A stretch of 64,000 bases of DNA from Promethearchaeota archaeon (GCA_048937405.1 JBHLNF010000005.1:205227-269226); one strand, 5' to 3'. Positions 11,203-21,382 are shown, counted from the stretch's first letter. Notes: a model not told the origin generated them from the sequence alone. Translations and numbers: made by a program.

Positions 11203-11811
11203 TCATCTATTTTTAATTTTATTAACTAATTCTATTAAATCTCCTATAAAATGAGCTTCAATACCTGCATTTTTCCCTGTTAAAAGATCATTTTCTAAAT
11301 CTCCAAAAAAGATCATCTCGTCTTTTTTAACTTTAAAATATTTTTGAATCTTTATTAGTCCATCTGGAGCTGGTTTCCATCTCCTCACATCTTCCCTACC
11401 GATTATTAAATCTATTTTTTCCTGAATATTAACAATTTTTAAGGATGTTATTATTGTATTTCTTGTATTGAGAGATAAAACAGCAAATTTTGTATCTTTT
11501 TTAGCACCAAAAAATTCATAATTATTGATAAAAAATATTGTTTCTTCAATAGGTGTGAGATCTTGAATATTTTTAAGTTCAAATTGTCTGATAATATCAA
11601 AAAAAAAATTCAAAATCCCTTCATCTTTTTTTTCTACAACCATATTAAGACAGTTTGAAACTCTTTCAACGTTACAATTTTCTTTATATAGTTCATTGTA
11701 CTTTTTAATTAAAATATCTTTCAAGACAGTCCAATTAGCTGTAAGTTTAACTATGGTACCATCTAAATCAAAAATTATAATTCTTTTTCCTTCTAGTGCT
11801 AAAGTTGTCAT
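11203..11811 (-). CDS. HAD-superfamily hydrolase (phosphoglycolate phosphatase-like)
   Basis: FDLDGT, KPAPDG, GDLEND motifs. Confidence 0.9.
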   Translation of the reverse strand: MTTLALEGKRIIIFDLDGTIVKLTANWTVLKDILIKKYNELYKENCNVERVSNCLNMVVEKKDEGILNFFFDIIRQFELKNIQDLTPIEETIFFINNYEFFGAKKDTKFAVLSLNTRNTIITSLKIVNIQEKIDLIIGREDVRRWKPAPDGLIKIQKYFKVKKDEMIFFGDLENDLLTGKNAGIEAHFIGDLIELVNKIKNR

Positions 11812-11906
11812 TTATAATAACTGAAACTGTTTTAATTGCACTTGTTATTTATCAAACTATATTTAGAATAAATAAAATTAAGAGAAAAAATTAAGTTTTT
11901 TGGACC

Positions 11907-12425
11907 TTAATCTATTGCATATTTCTTAGTCCAGGCACTTGCTTTTGCCTCAAACTTCTTTTGAGCACGAAAATATTGTTCACCTGCTTCATGATTTAAT
12001 GGATCTCCTGGATTAAAAAAGGGAGGTTCTACATGCATCATGCCTTTTAAAGCTTCTATTATATTTGTGAGAGTTTTACTTGGAGTCCATCCAGAAGCTC
12101 CAGTGCTAGCATCAACCTTTCCTACCAAATCGGGATTGATTAAATCTAAACAAATATTTAATTTTCCAGGTGGAATTGAAGAATCAATATTAGGATGCCA
12201 CATTAAAGTTACTGCATAAGCATAAGGAGGTGCAAATGGATAATTCTCTGGGAATTTGATTTCGAAAATAAACTTACCATCCGCATAGGGAGTTCCTTTC
12301 TTTCCGATGATAGTAAGTCTTAAATGATCGATACTTCTTCCCCATGGTTCTAAAATAACATTAGCATCATTCTTGTATGCTTCGATTGCTTCAGTATAAT
12401 CTGTTTCTTCTCTGATAATTATCAC
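11907..12425 (-). CDS. Ubiquitin-conjugating enzyme E2 (UBC fold)
   Basis: GTPYADGKF, FPENYPFAPP, WHPNI...NICLDL, WTP, PLNHEA, WTKKYA. Confidence 0.93.
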   Translation of the reverse strand: MIIIREETDYTEAIEAYKNDANVILEPWGRSIDHLRLTIIGKKGTPYADGKFIFEIKFPENYPFAPPYAYAVTLMWHPNIDSSIPPGKLNICLDLINPDLVGKVDASTGASGWTPSKTLTNIIEALKGMMHVEPPFFNPGDPLNHEAGEQYFRAQKKFEAKASAWTKKYAID

Positions 12426-12718
12426 CTATCATTTGAATTTGCTTTTAAATTGTAATTGATATATTACTTTAATTTTATAAAAATATTGTTCAATTGATAA
12501 AAAATTTTTCACAACAAAACTAAATTATATTTTTAAGGTTGAAAATTTTTAGTTTAATATCTTAATAAAGTAAATATATTTGAAGTTTTCTTAATCAAAA
12601 AATAAAAAAAATTGCATACAAAAAAATGTAGAAATCATATTTTTGTGTTATTCAATTTTATCAGTAAAAAACAAAAAAAATATATTAATTCTATAATTAT
12701 TTATTTTTAACTTAACAA

Positions 12719-12898
12719 CCCCTCTTAACTCAGACTGGTAGAGTACTCGGCTGTAGATATTATCGCGTAATAAAGCTTATTGCTAATGAAATTACGTCAG
12801 CTGAGACCGAGTGTATTGGAAAAAACCATACCGGTAAAGGTCGCCGGATCGAGGTGAATCCCTCAAAGAAATTCACGATACGCCGGCAGAGGGGACCA
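12719..12898 (+). tRNA. tRNA-Tyr(GUA) with three introns (12757-12805, 12812-12837, about 12853-12880), CCA encoded
   Basis: Acceptor CCCCTCT/AGAGGGG-A-CCA (C1:G72, A73); D stem ACTC/GAGT; anticodon stem CTCGG/CCGAG with CT-GTA-G; T stem GCCGG/CCGGC. Confidence 0.88.
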
Positions 12899-13271
12899 TT
12901 AATCTCATTTTTTTACAAGAATTTTAAAATAACACTTCACAATTATTTACAAAAATATTCTTAATCTCTCTATAGATCATTTTTAACAATTTTACTGAGT
13001 AATTTTCTTAATCTAAACCATTTAAATACATCTTTTTTAAAAGAATTATTATATTCAATGTTTTCCCAAATGCCTTTATAAGTGAGAAAGAGATATTTTT
13101 AAAATAACGCAAATTGAAAAAAAACTATAGATTCCTCTTATAGTATTATCTAATAATAGGGGAAAAAGAAAAGAAGTATAGTATTTCTGAAGTGCATAAT
13201 TTCTTTACATCATTAGACAGATTTCCAGGTTTTAAATTAAAATTAATTTAATTCTAATTTTTTAATTTTTT

Positions 13272-15215
13272 CTAATATTTGTTGTTATTTTTTTTGTAAG
13301 TATGAAATTTGAAAATTAGATAGAAGAGGGATAAAGAATATGAGAGTAAAAAGAATATTATTTCATATCCATTAATTCTTTTTCGTGGTTCTAATAATAT
13401 CTCTAAGTAGGTGTTAAAGTTTGAATCTAACTGAACTAGTACTTCATCCCCATATTCCAATCTTACCTTAGTTGGTTTATTACTTAATGAAATATCTAGC
13501 GTTGTTGTTCCATTTATCCATATCCATTCATTATAAGTTATTCCATTAGAATTATATACTATTAGTTGAACTTGCTGAGAGTAATGATAATCATTTAAGT
13601 GTTCATTGAGATCATTAATTGTGAGTTCTAGGATTTGAAGGTTTGCATCATAATGACATTCAAGGAAATTATATTTTGGAAGAAAAAGATTATCAAACCA
13701 AGGAAAGAAAAACCAATCCAATGAGGAACCATACACACTTTCCATAGCTTGTTGTAAATCGGATAAGAGAGCAATTTTATATATCTTTTGAGTAAAAAAA
13801 AGTCTCAATCCCGTTAAAAATAATGTAGTGCCAAGAGTTCTACGTAGTTTCTCAAATATTAAAGGTGCTTTAGTATATGCAGTAAAATAATAATTATCTT
13901 CATTGACCACCTCGTATACAGAAACATTTATTTTTGACGATATTCCTTCACGAACATAATATGTTCTTACGCTATCGATATAAGGTGTTTCTTGAAAATA
14001 TTCCCAATTATTATACTTTATTTCCCCATAATAACTTGTTGACCAGCAAACTAACCCTTCATCTAAGAAACCCCAGTCAACTTCATCATTTCCAACTAAA
14101 TTATACCACCACTGATGCCCTGTTTCATGAACAATAATAGCTTCTAACCAAGTTAGAGGATATGACCATTCATCTATAGATTCTGTTATATAAACCTGAC
14201 ATGGGTATTCCATTCCTCCATAATATGTATATTCTTCCACAACATTAAAAGTTGGATATGGATATTCACCAAAGGTTTCATTAAAAAGTGTTAATGCTTG
14301 TTTTGCAAAATTTATTGCATTATTTTCCCATATTGTTTTAGATTTTGGTAAGTAATAGCTAGTTATATTCACACCATTTATTACTTCAGATTCCTGATAG
14401 AAATATCTTGAGGTTGAAAAACTTACTTCTCTAACTGGATGAATTGGATCGAAGTGATATGTTGTAATTGATCCATAGTCTATTTTATCGACTATTTCCC
14501 CAGTTGCCGCAACAATCATTCCTATTGGTACAGTAATGTAAAAATCATAATAAGCCATATCATAATAGAAAGGATCACCAACCCCAAGATAAGGATCTGT
14601 ATTCCAACCATCATAGCTATCATACACACAAGGCATAGGGTAGAATCCTGCACATTTATAGATTCGAGATTTATTAATATCTCCACCATGAGAATTAGAG
14701 CGGTCAATCCCCCCATCAGGTAACGTAGCATTGAAGTATATCTCAAACTGAACTCGTTGAAATGGTTCCAATATATTTTCCAAATAAATCCACATTATTT
14801 GGTTTGCTGGATATTCATCATAAATTAAAGGTGATTTAGAAACATCAGATTTATTTACACTAATTATATCAACTAACCCTGGTCTTGAATCGTAGTTCAT
14901 GCCGGATAAATAAATATGAAATGGAACTTTAGTAAAATTCACTGGATCGTTATTATAGAAATCAACTTTTAAAATCCCTGTTAATTTCGAACTACCTTCA
15001 TCTAATTGAACAGATAAATTATAGTAAGAATATTCTCCACCGTTTGATGATAATATAGGGGTTTTATTGTATTTTAACTTGGGATTACCTGGACGTGTAA
15101 TAGTTTCATTTGAATTTTTTTTACCCTGAACAATATTTAGGAATCCACCAAAACACAGGCAAAAGAGGATTATGAAACAATAACGTTGAGTGTTCGATTT
15201 GATTATTATCATCAT
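13272..15215 (-). CDS. Secreted, membrane-anchored M1-family zinc aminopeptidase with C-terminal sorting signal
   Basis: Signal-like N-terminus; GGMEY; HETGH-x18-E; C-terminal INGY + transmembrane helix + basic tail. Confidence 0.88.
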   Translation of the reverse strand: MMIIIKSNTQRYCFIILFCLCFGGFLNIVQGKKNSNETITRPGNPKLKYNKTPILSSNGGEYSYYNLSVQLDEGSSKLTGILKVDFYNNDPVNFTKVPFHIYLSGMNYDSRPGLVDIISVNKSDVSKSPLIYDEYPANQIMWIYLENILEPFQRVQFEIYFNATLPDGGIDRSNSHGGDINKSRIYKCAGFYPMPCVYDSYDGWNTDPYLGVGDPFYYDMAYYDFYITVPIGMIVAATGEIVDKIDYGSITTYHFDPIHPVREVSFSTSRYFYQESEVINGVNITSYYLPKSKTIWENNAINFAKQALTLFNETFGEYPYPTFNVVEEYTYYGGMEYPCQVYITESIDEWSYPLTWLEAIIVHETGHQWWYNLVGNDEVDWGFLDEGLVCWSTSYYGEIKYNNWEYFQETPYIDSVRTYYVREGISSKINVSVYEVVNEDNYYFTAYTKAPLIFEKLRRTLGTTLFLTGLRLFFTQKIYKIALLSDLQQAMESVYGSSLDWFFFPWFDNLFLPKYNFLECHYDANLQILELTINDLNEHLNDYHYSQQVQLIVYNSNGITYNEWIWINGTTTLDISLSNKPTKVRLEYGDEVLVQLDSNFNTYLEILLEPRKRINGYEIIFFLLSYSLSLFYLIFKFHTYKKNNNKY

Positions 15216-15514
15216 TACTTATTAGATTAACTTTAAATTACAATTCAACTATTCATATTTAAAGTTTAAAATCATATTATTAATTTGTTTGGTTATTCTA
15301 ACAGTTTAATAGTAATAGACCTGAGTCTTTTTTTTATTTGAATTAAACAATTAGGATATATAATTAAATCTCTTTAAAATGAAAATCCTTCTTGATCAAA
15401 CTTCACAAACTTCTTATTTGGAACCTCATTAGTTGAATTATAAATAGCATTAATGAATTATTTTAAAAAATGGTAATATGGGCAATAAGGTAAGAAAACC
15501 AAAGGAGATTATTA

Positions 15515-15943
15515 ATGAGTGAAAACAATCAAAATTTTGATCAACATGAATTAGAAAAAATTCGGATGAAAAAAATGAGAGCATTGATGGAAGCAAAAAA
15601 AAGAGAAGAAAACATTCAAGAAAGAAGTGTATCAATTTATGAAAAGGTTGATTATGTTTTGAAAGTTGTTTTAGCTCCAGATGCATACGCACATCTAAAT
15701 AAACTAAAAAATGATGAACCACCTGTATATAAATATATTTATAATGAGTTAATTAGCCTAGATGTGGTACAAAGTATTGATTACTTAATAGCCCTAATAC
15801 AGCAGAGAGGTGGAATTCCAAGAAAAATCCCTCTTGATGCTATTATATTCTTAGAACGAAAAGCAAAAGGTATTAAATCTAAGATTCAAGTAAAACGCGG
15901 AGATGATATGATGGATTTGAGTTCTTTTCTTAGTAAAGATTGA
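15515..15943 (+). CDS. PDCD5/TFAR19-like DNA-binding protein
   Basis: ELEKIRMKKM, LKVVLAPDAYAHLNKLK and KIQVKR match the family pattern. Confidence 0.75.
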   Translation: MSENNQNFDQHELEKIRMKKMRALMEAKKREENIQERSVSIYEKVDYVLKVVLAPDAYAHLNKLKNDEPPVYKYIYNELISLDVVQSIDYLIALIQQRGGIPRKIPLDAIIFLERKAKGIKSKIQVKRGDDMMDLSSFLSKD

Positions 15944-15973
15944 TACTTCTAAATAACTATATATTAAAAGAAG

Positions 15974-16528
15974 CTATTGTTCTCTTCCTGAAATTATTGC
16001 TATTACTTCCCATTCATTATTTGGAAGAGGATTTGCAGATATATCGAAAAATTGAAAAGCAAAAGGTCTACCAAAAATCTGTTCTACAATAAAACCAAAG
16101 GAACTTACTGTAAATATAAAAATTCTCTTTAGAATTGACTCTGTACTTCCACTAATATTTAATTGTTTCATGACTTCTTCTATTATCTCAATTTCTTTAT
16201 CATTGTAATGATACTTAAAGACAAGTTTAAAGTCAACTGGTGTTGGTGCTTCAGGATCTGAAAAGGTCAATCCTCTTTTTCGGAAATGAAAAAATGAATT
16301 TAAATAAAAAGAAAATATTTCTTCATGATGGTCTATTAAGAGATGAGAAATACGAGAGCGTTCACTATATTCAGGCCAATAATTTTTCATTAATTCTAAA
16401 AGCCTAGGATAATTCTTATATTTATTTTCGCTTTCTTTCTTTAAATAATTAAGTAATTGATTCTTAAGTGGTTTAAACTCTGATTCTCGACCCACCCGTG
16501 TTATAAATTTTCGAAATTTAACACTCAT
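15974..16528 (-). CDS. Hypothetical protein
   Basis: 184-aa ORF, no motif recognised. Confidence 0.6.
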   Translation of the reverse strand: MSVKFRKFITRVGRESEFKPLKNQLLNYLKKESENKYKNYPRLLELMKNYWPEYSERSRISHLLIDHHEEIFSFYLNSFFHFRKRGLTFSDPEAPTPVDFKLVFKYHYNDKEIEIIEEVMKQLNISGSTESILKRIFIFTVSSFGFIVEQIFGRPFAFQFFDISANPLPNNEWEVIAIISGREQ

Positions 16529-16714
16529 TCTCTTAAGATGAAATATTATTCTATATGAACTATTTATTATTTATTTATTTTTTTCTATGATATTTTGATA
16601 ATACAAGTCCTAATATTTATTACTAATTTTTTTTTGGCATTTATCAATTATTACCTAGAACAATAAAAGAAAAATGTAATTTACTTTATTATAATTATTA
16701 GGATTTATACTATT

Positions 16715-17908
16715 ATGATTGAGAAAGTAGGATTAATCTATACTGAAGAATATCAAAAATACAATTTTGGTAAAGATCATCCCCTAAGACCTTTAAGGCT
16801 TAAACTGACCTATAGTCTTATGGAAAAGTTGAATCTCTTAAAAAATCAACGACTTTTAATCATCAACCCTCGATTAGCTACACAGCAAGAAATTGAAAGT
16901 ATTCATTCCCCAAAATATGTTGAAGCTGTCAAAAAGCTAAGTGAAAATCCTAATGATAAAAGTGTTATTCCATATCAGTACGGCTTAGGTCCTGGAGATA
17001 ATCCTATTTTTGAAGGGATGTATGAAGCATCTGCATTAGTATGTGGAGCTTCAATAGAAGCTGCTGATACCGTCTGGAATGACGAGGAGATTACGATAGC
17101 TTTTAACCCAGCGGGTGGTTTGCACCATGCAATGAAAAATAAAGCTTCAGGATTTTGTATTTTCAATGATATCGGTGTCGCTATAAATCACCTAAAGAAA
17201 TTGAAAAAAGACATCAAAATTGCCTATTTAGATATTGATTGTCATCATGGAGATGGCGTTCAATGGTTATTTTATGATGATCCAAATGTACTTACGATTT
17301 CCTATCATCAAGATGGCAAGTTTCTCTTTCCTGGGACAGGCCATATTACTGAGACGGGAGAAGGAAAAGGAAAAGGCTTCTCTGTAAATTTTCCATTATT
17401 ACCTGGAACAAATAATAAGTCCTTTATAAATCTTTTTAGGAAGACTGCTCCAAAAATAATAGAAACATATTCGCCAGATATTTTAATTACTCAGCTTGGG
17501 GTGGATACCTATTTTGATGATCCTCTCACTCAAATGGGTCTTTCTCTATCAGTATATAAAGATATTGCTCAAACGATGAAAACAATCGCACGTGAGTTTT
17601 GTCAAAACAAATGGGTCGCACTAGGGGGAGGTGGTTATTTGATGACTGTAGTTCCTAGGGCATGGACCATTTTTTTAGCGAGAATGCTGGATGTGGAAAT
17701 AGAAAATGAATTACCAGATAGCTGGATTAAGGAAGTAAAGGAAAGTGCCCCTTATGAGGATACACCTTATTTATTATGGGATCGAGGTGAAAAGGTGGAA
17801 GTTCAAATGCTCTCTCATCCTGAAATTGCTAAAAAAATAATCGATTATACAAAATCTCTAATTGAAGTCGCAAATGAAAAATATATTCCTTATTTAAATA
17901 AAACTTAA
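16715..17908 (+). CDS. Histone deacetylase family protein (class I-like/AcuC)
   Basis: HPLRPLR, GGLHHA, ASGFCIFND, DIDCHHGDG, FPGTG, GGGGY. Confidence 0.93.
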   Translation: MIEKVGLIYTEEYQKYNFGKDHPLRPLRLKLTYSLMEKLNLLKNQRLLIINPRLATQQEIESIHSPKYVEAVKKLSENPNDKSVIPYQYGLGPGDNPIFEGMYEASALVCGASIEAADTVWNDEEITIAFNPAGGLHHAMKNKASGFCIFNDIGVAINHLKKLKKDIKIAYLDIDCHHGDGVQWLFYDDPNVLTISYHQDGKFLFPGTGHITETGEGKGKGFSVNFPLLPGTNNKSFINLFRKTAPKIIETYSPDILITQLGVDTYFDDPLTQMGLSLSVYKDIAQTMKTIAREFCQNKWVALGGGGYLMTVVPRAWTIFLARMLDVEIENELPDSWIKEVKESAPYEDTPYLLWDRGEKVEVQMLSHPEIAKKIIDYTKSLIEVANEKYIPYLNKT

Positions 17909-18064
17909 GATTTTTAAGTACTAAAAGTCCTATGTTCTTGAGATCTTTTGATACAAGTTGAGTATAAAAACAGTAAAATTATCTTTTTATAACTTACCAA
18001 GTTTTTTCTTTAAATAAATCCCAATTATATTTCAGTATAGAGAAAATATATAATATGAATAATC

Positions 18065-18220
18065 ATGGCAGGAATACACCCGAGTTCTCCCTTAGAGTTT
18101 TGGGAAGATAGAATAAAACATCTTATCAACAAAAATAAAACGGTACAAAAAAGAAGACTTAGTATTATTAAAGACCGAGCAAAATATGCACAAAATGAAA
18201 AAAGACAGAATAACAGATAA
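18065..18220 (+). CDS. Small basic hypothetical protein (51 aa), not in ORF track
   Basis: ATG...TAA: MAGIHPSSPLEFWEDRIKHLINKNKTVQKRRLSIIKDRAKYAQNEKRQNNR. Confidence 0.45.
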   Translation: MAGIHPSSPLEFWEDRIKHLINKNKTVQKRRLSIIKDRAKYAQNEKRQNNR

Positions 18221-18237
18221 TTCTAATCATATTTTTT

Positions 18238-18486
18238 TTATTTTATATATTTTTCTAAGAATTCCTTAATTCTTTTGAGAAGGAGATTATGGGTCTTTAG
18301 ATTGTCATATTCTTTTCTATTTAACAGGTCTTCTTCTTTCACTATCATGTGAAGCCCTAAAGTTGCGAAGATGTGAAATGTAAAACGGTAAAATCCTACA
18401 GTATGTACAAACTCTTTTACTTCCTCAAAAATTTGCTGAATGAATTCTTTTTGAGCTTGTTTTACCTCATCGCTTAACGCAGTCAT
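18238..18486 (-). CDS. Small hypothetical protein
   Basis: 82-aa ORF, no motif recognised. Confidence 0.6.
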   Translation of the reverse strand: MTALSDEVKQAQKEFIQQIFEEVKEFVHTVGFYRFTFHIFATLGLHMIVKEEDLLNRKEYDNLKTHNLLLKRIKEFLEKYIK

Positions 18487-18702
18487 AATTATATATTAGT
18501 TATGAACTCTAAAGCTTAAATAAAAAAAAGAGAGCAGGTTAAGTAATAGAAAGGAATTTCAGAATAAGGTCTCTAAAAATAGATAAATTACGTTTCAACT
18601 CAAACTAATATGAATTGCAAAACTTTAAATTACTTTTCTATTATTTAAAATAATATCAATTGTTTCAAAAATCTACAAGAATAAAAGTAGAACTTAATCC
18701 GA

Positions 18703-19176
18703 GTGAGGGTACACATGTTCTCTTTTCTAACTAATTTATTTAGATTTAAAAAAATATATTGGATTATTCAAGAAGGAAGTGGAATACTCCTTTATAAAAA
18801 AAATGGGCAGAATTCCATACAGGATAATTATGTTGGAGAGCTTCTTAGTGCATTTTATTCCCTTTCACATTTTATTTTCAGAACCGCCCTACAATCCATA
18901 AAAATTGATAATTTTAAACTTAACATTATTAGAAGAAGAAAATTATTTTTTGTTTCTATATGCCCAGGCAGAATGAAGAGACAAAAAATTGTTCGACGTT
19001 TATTCACAATTGCTACCTATTTTTGCTCTTTATATTCAGAAGAGGAAATAGAAAATTGGGACCATAATATAATGAAATTCCATAATTTCGATAAGGAAGT
19101 GAAGATTCATAAAGCTCAAATCATCGGAGATTTTATAAATAAATTATGGACTCATGATGTCGTGACAGTAAATTAA
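18703..19176 (+). CDS. Longin-like domain protein
   Basis: WIIxxxSGILLY, LLSAFYSLS, LQSIKI, C-terminal WDxNIxxFxxF pattern seen in Asgard longins. Confidence 0.65.
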   Translation: MRVHMFSFLTNLFRFKKIYWIIQEGSGILLYKKNGQNSIQDNYVGELLSAFYSLSHFIFRTALQSIKIDNFKLNIIRRRKLFFVSICPGRMKRQKIVRRLFTIATYFCSLYSEEEIENWDHNIMKFHNFDKEVKIHKAQIIGDFINKLWTHDVVTVN

Positions 19177-19840
19177 ATTCTCTAATTTCATTAATTATTA
19201 TTATAGATTTTCAGTGATTGTATCTTATATTCTCATAAAATATTCAAAACCCCTTTTGAATATTTTTATCTTCTTTTACTTTCTTCTGTAAAAGTTTCAG
19301 AATATTATCTATTATAACATTGAATTGCTGCTATATCTTTTAAAGCTACTAAAATTTTACTGATAAATATGGAAAATAATATTTAATTCATTATTTGAAC
19401 TTAATAAAGACAAACGACTGGAGATTAACAACAAAATTTTTCAAAATTATTTGTCATTTTTTTCATGTGAAAAAAAAGGAAATTTTTAAATACTAGTTTT
19501 TGATGAACATCTAGTGTAAATAAAAGATCGGAATATCATGATACTAAAATATATTCTTATACCTAATGCCGTTGAATCGGCTAAATACCTCAACCCTTAA
19601 CCCTGTTATTAGATAAATACGTCTCCTCTTTTTGCAATTTTGAATATCATGTTTTCCGACTCTTTCTTTTCCTTATTATAATCTATTTCGAGTTCCAATT
19701 TTTTTCTTAAACTAAATAATTCATATTAAAATTATTATCCAAGATATTTGAGAAAAAAGAAAAAAATTTATTTTTTTTAACAGTTAAACCTAAGCAAAAA
19801 TGGTTATTGTTGATTTTTAAGCCTATTTCATCCAAAATCA

Positions 19841-21382
19841 TTATCTCAAAATTATTTTTTGAAGCTTAATATTTTTTCGAACAATTTCATCCTCAAATAA
19901 AGGATCAGTAAAGGAGATCTGACAAGTAAAGGTAATTGATCCTTCCGATTTAATTGAATAGTGATAAGCTGTTTCTAATCTTTCATGTAAATCGGAAGAT
20001 TTAACTTTTTTTTCTTTAAAAATTTGCTCGAGTCTTTTTTTTGGTTTCCATACTAATTCAAATTCAAAATCTTGGAGCACAAAATTACTTTGATTCTCGA
20101 TCTCTAATATGAAATCTAACACTTGATTTTCTATTTCATAAATAGTATTAAATTTCAGATATTTGAGTATATACTCAGAGATCATATCTGAGACAAAATC
20201 ATCAAGCCTTAGAATCCCCTCATATATCTCTGGATCTTTAATTAGATTTCCGATGTTTTTTATAACTTCCGTTAAAGTATAAGGTGTTTCATTAATTTCC
20301 TCTGGTTTTAGAATATGGAGTCCAAAGATATATGACAGTAAATAAGTTTTAAATTCTAAAAGTTCCAATTTAAGCTCTTTTGATAGGTCGTGAGCTCGTG
20401 AAAAGATTCGAAAATAGAAGTAATAGTTTCTATCAGATATTCCTTCTGTATAAAATGCAGAAATATCACTTTTTATATTAAATATTTCACAGGAGACAAT
20501 GAATAGCTGAATAACTTCAAGTAAAGATAAAGAAATCCGATATCGATTAAGTAATTTCAGTATATTGCAATAATTTTTCAGTAAAACCAATAATTTTTTT
20601 TTTTTAGTTATATGAGAAAGGGATGAAAGTGATAACTCTAAGTGTTTTTTTACATTAAATTTTTTATCCTGAATCGAAATATCATAAGATTGGAGTTTCA
20701 AATTTTTTATTTTTTCTATGAATTTTATATTAAATATGGTACTAAGTAGTAAAGCTAAACCAATTAAAATGTCTTGGTTATTACTTATTTTTGATATGGT
20801 AATTGAAGATGTAAGATAGGAATAAAACCACTCTACAGTTGCTAGATATTCAAGATAATTGTTATTGATTAGTTCAAGTGGGATATGAAACTCTTTTCTG
20901 ACTCTCTCACACCCTAATCTTTCAGTTAAATTGAATGAAAGCTCTTTCTTTATTAAAATAGTATAGGGATATTTGTGATATATTCCTAATGTATTGCTAA
21001 TATGTTGCTGTATTTTACTGAACTCTCTCTGAATTCTTACTGTATCATCCAGCATATCAGTTCGTTCTTTTTTGGGAAGTTGATATTTTACAGTGGTTGA
21101 TTTATCCAGTTTTTTTAGAAATTTCGGAGTTGGTTCATAGTTTCTACCACCTTCTCGTTCTCCATTTCGATTAAAAAAGTAGATCATCAATGTATCTCCA
21201 TGGTCAGAGACAACTAAATATACAATTGGTCCAATGGTTCGCATTTGAAACTCAGGAAGTATACCTAAAGAAAAGACACTTTTACTTTTTATACGTAAGA
21301 CCTTCACAGATTTAGGTCTCTTTTCTTTATATTCCCAATTGGCAAAATGCACTACTTTTTTAAAGGTGTCTCGCAGTTCCAT
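19841..21382 (-). CDS. Hypothetical protein, helical core with predicted C-terminal Ig-like beta-sandwich
   Basis: 513-aa ORF; C-terminal LEIENQSNFVLQDFEFELVW...CQISFTDP alternating beta pattern. Confidence 0.6.
   Translation of the reverse strand: MELRDTFKKVVHFANWEYKEKRPKSVKVLRIKSKSVFSLGILPEFQMRTIGPIVYLVVSDHGDTLMIYFFNRNGEREGGRNYEPTPKFLKKLDKSTTVKYQLPKKERTDMLDDTVRIQREFSKIQQHISNTLGIYHKYPYTILIKKELSFNLTERLGCERVRKEFHIPLELINNNYLEYLATVEWFYSYLTSSITISKISNNQDILIGLALLLSTIFNIKFIEKIKNLKLQSYDISIQDKKFNVKKHLELSLSSLSHITKKKKLLVLLKNYCNILKLLNRYRISLSLLEVIQLFIVSCEIFNIKSDISAFYTEGISDRNYYFYFRIFSRAHDLSKELKLELLEFKTYLLSYIFGLHILKPEEINETPYTLTEVIKNIGNLIKDPEIYEGILRLDDFVSDMISEYILKYLKFNTIYEIENQVLDFILEIENQSNFVLQDFEFELVWKPKKRLEQIFKEKKVKSSDLHERLETAYHYSIKSEGSITFTCQISFTDPLFEDEIVRKNIKLQKIILR

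Noticed and set aside
19589-19605. Telomere- or telomerase-template-like CAACCCTTAACCC
   Set aside because: Only two imperfect units and no reverse transcriptase nearby; compatible with chance
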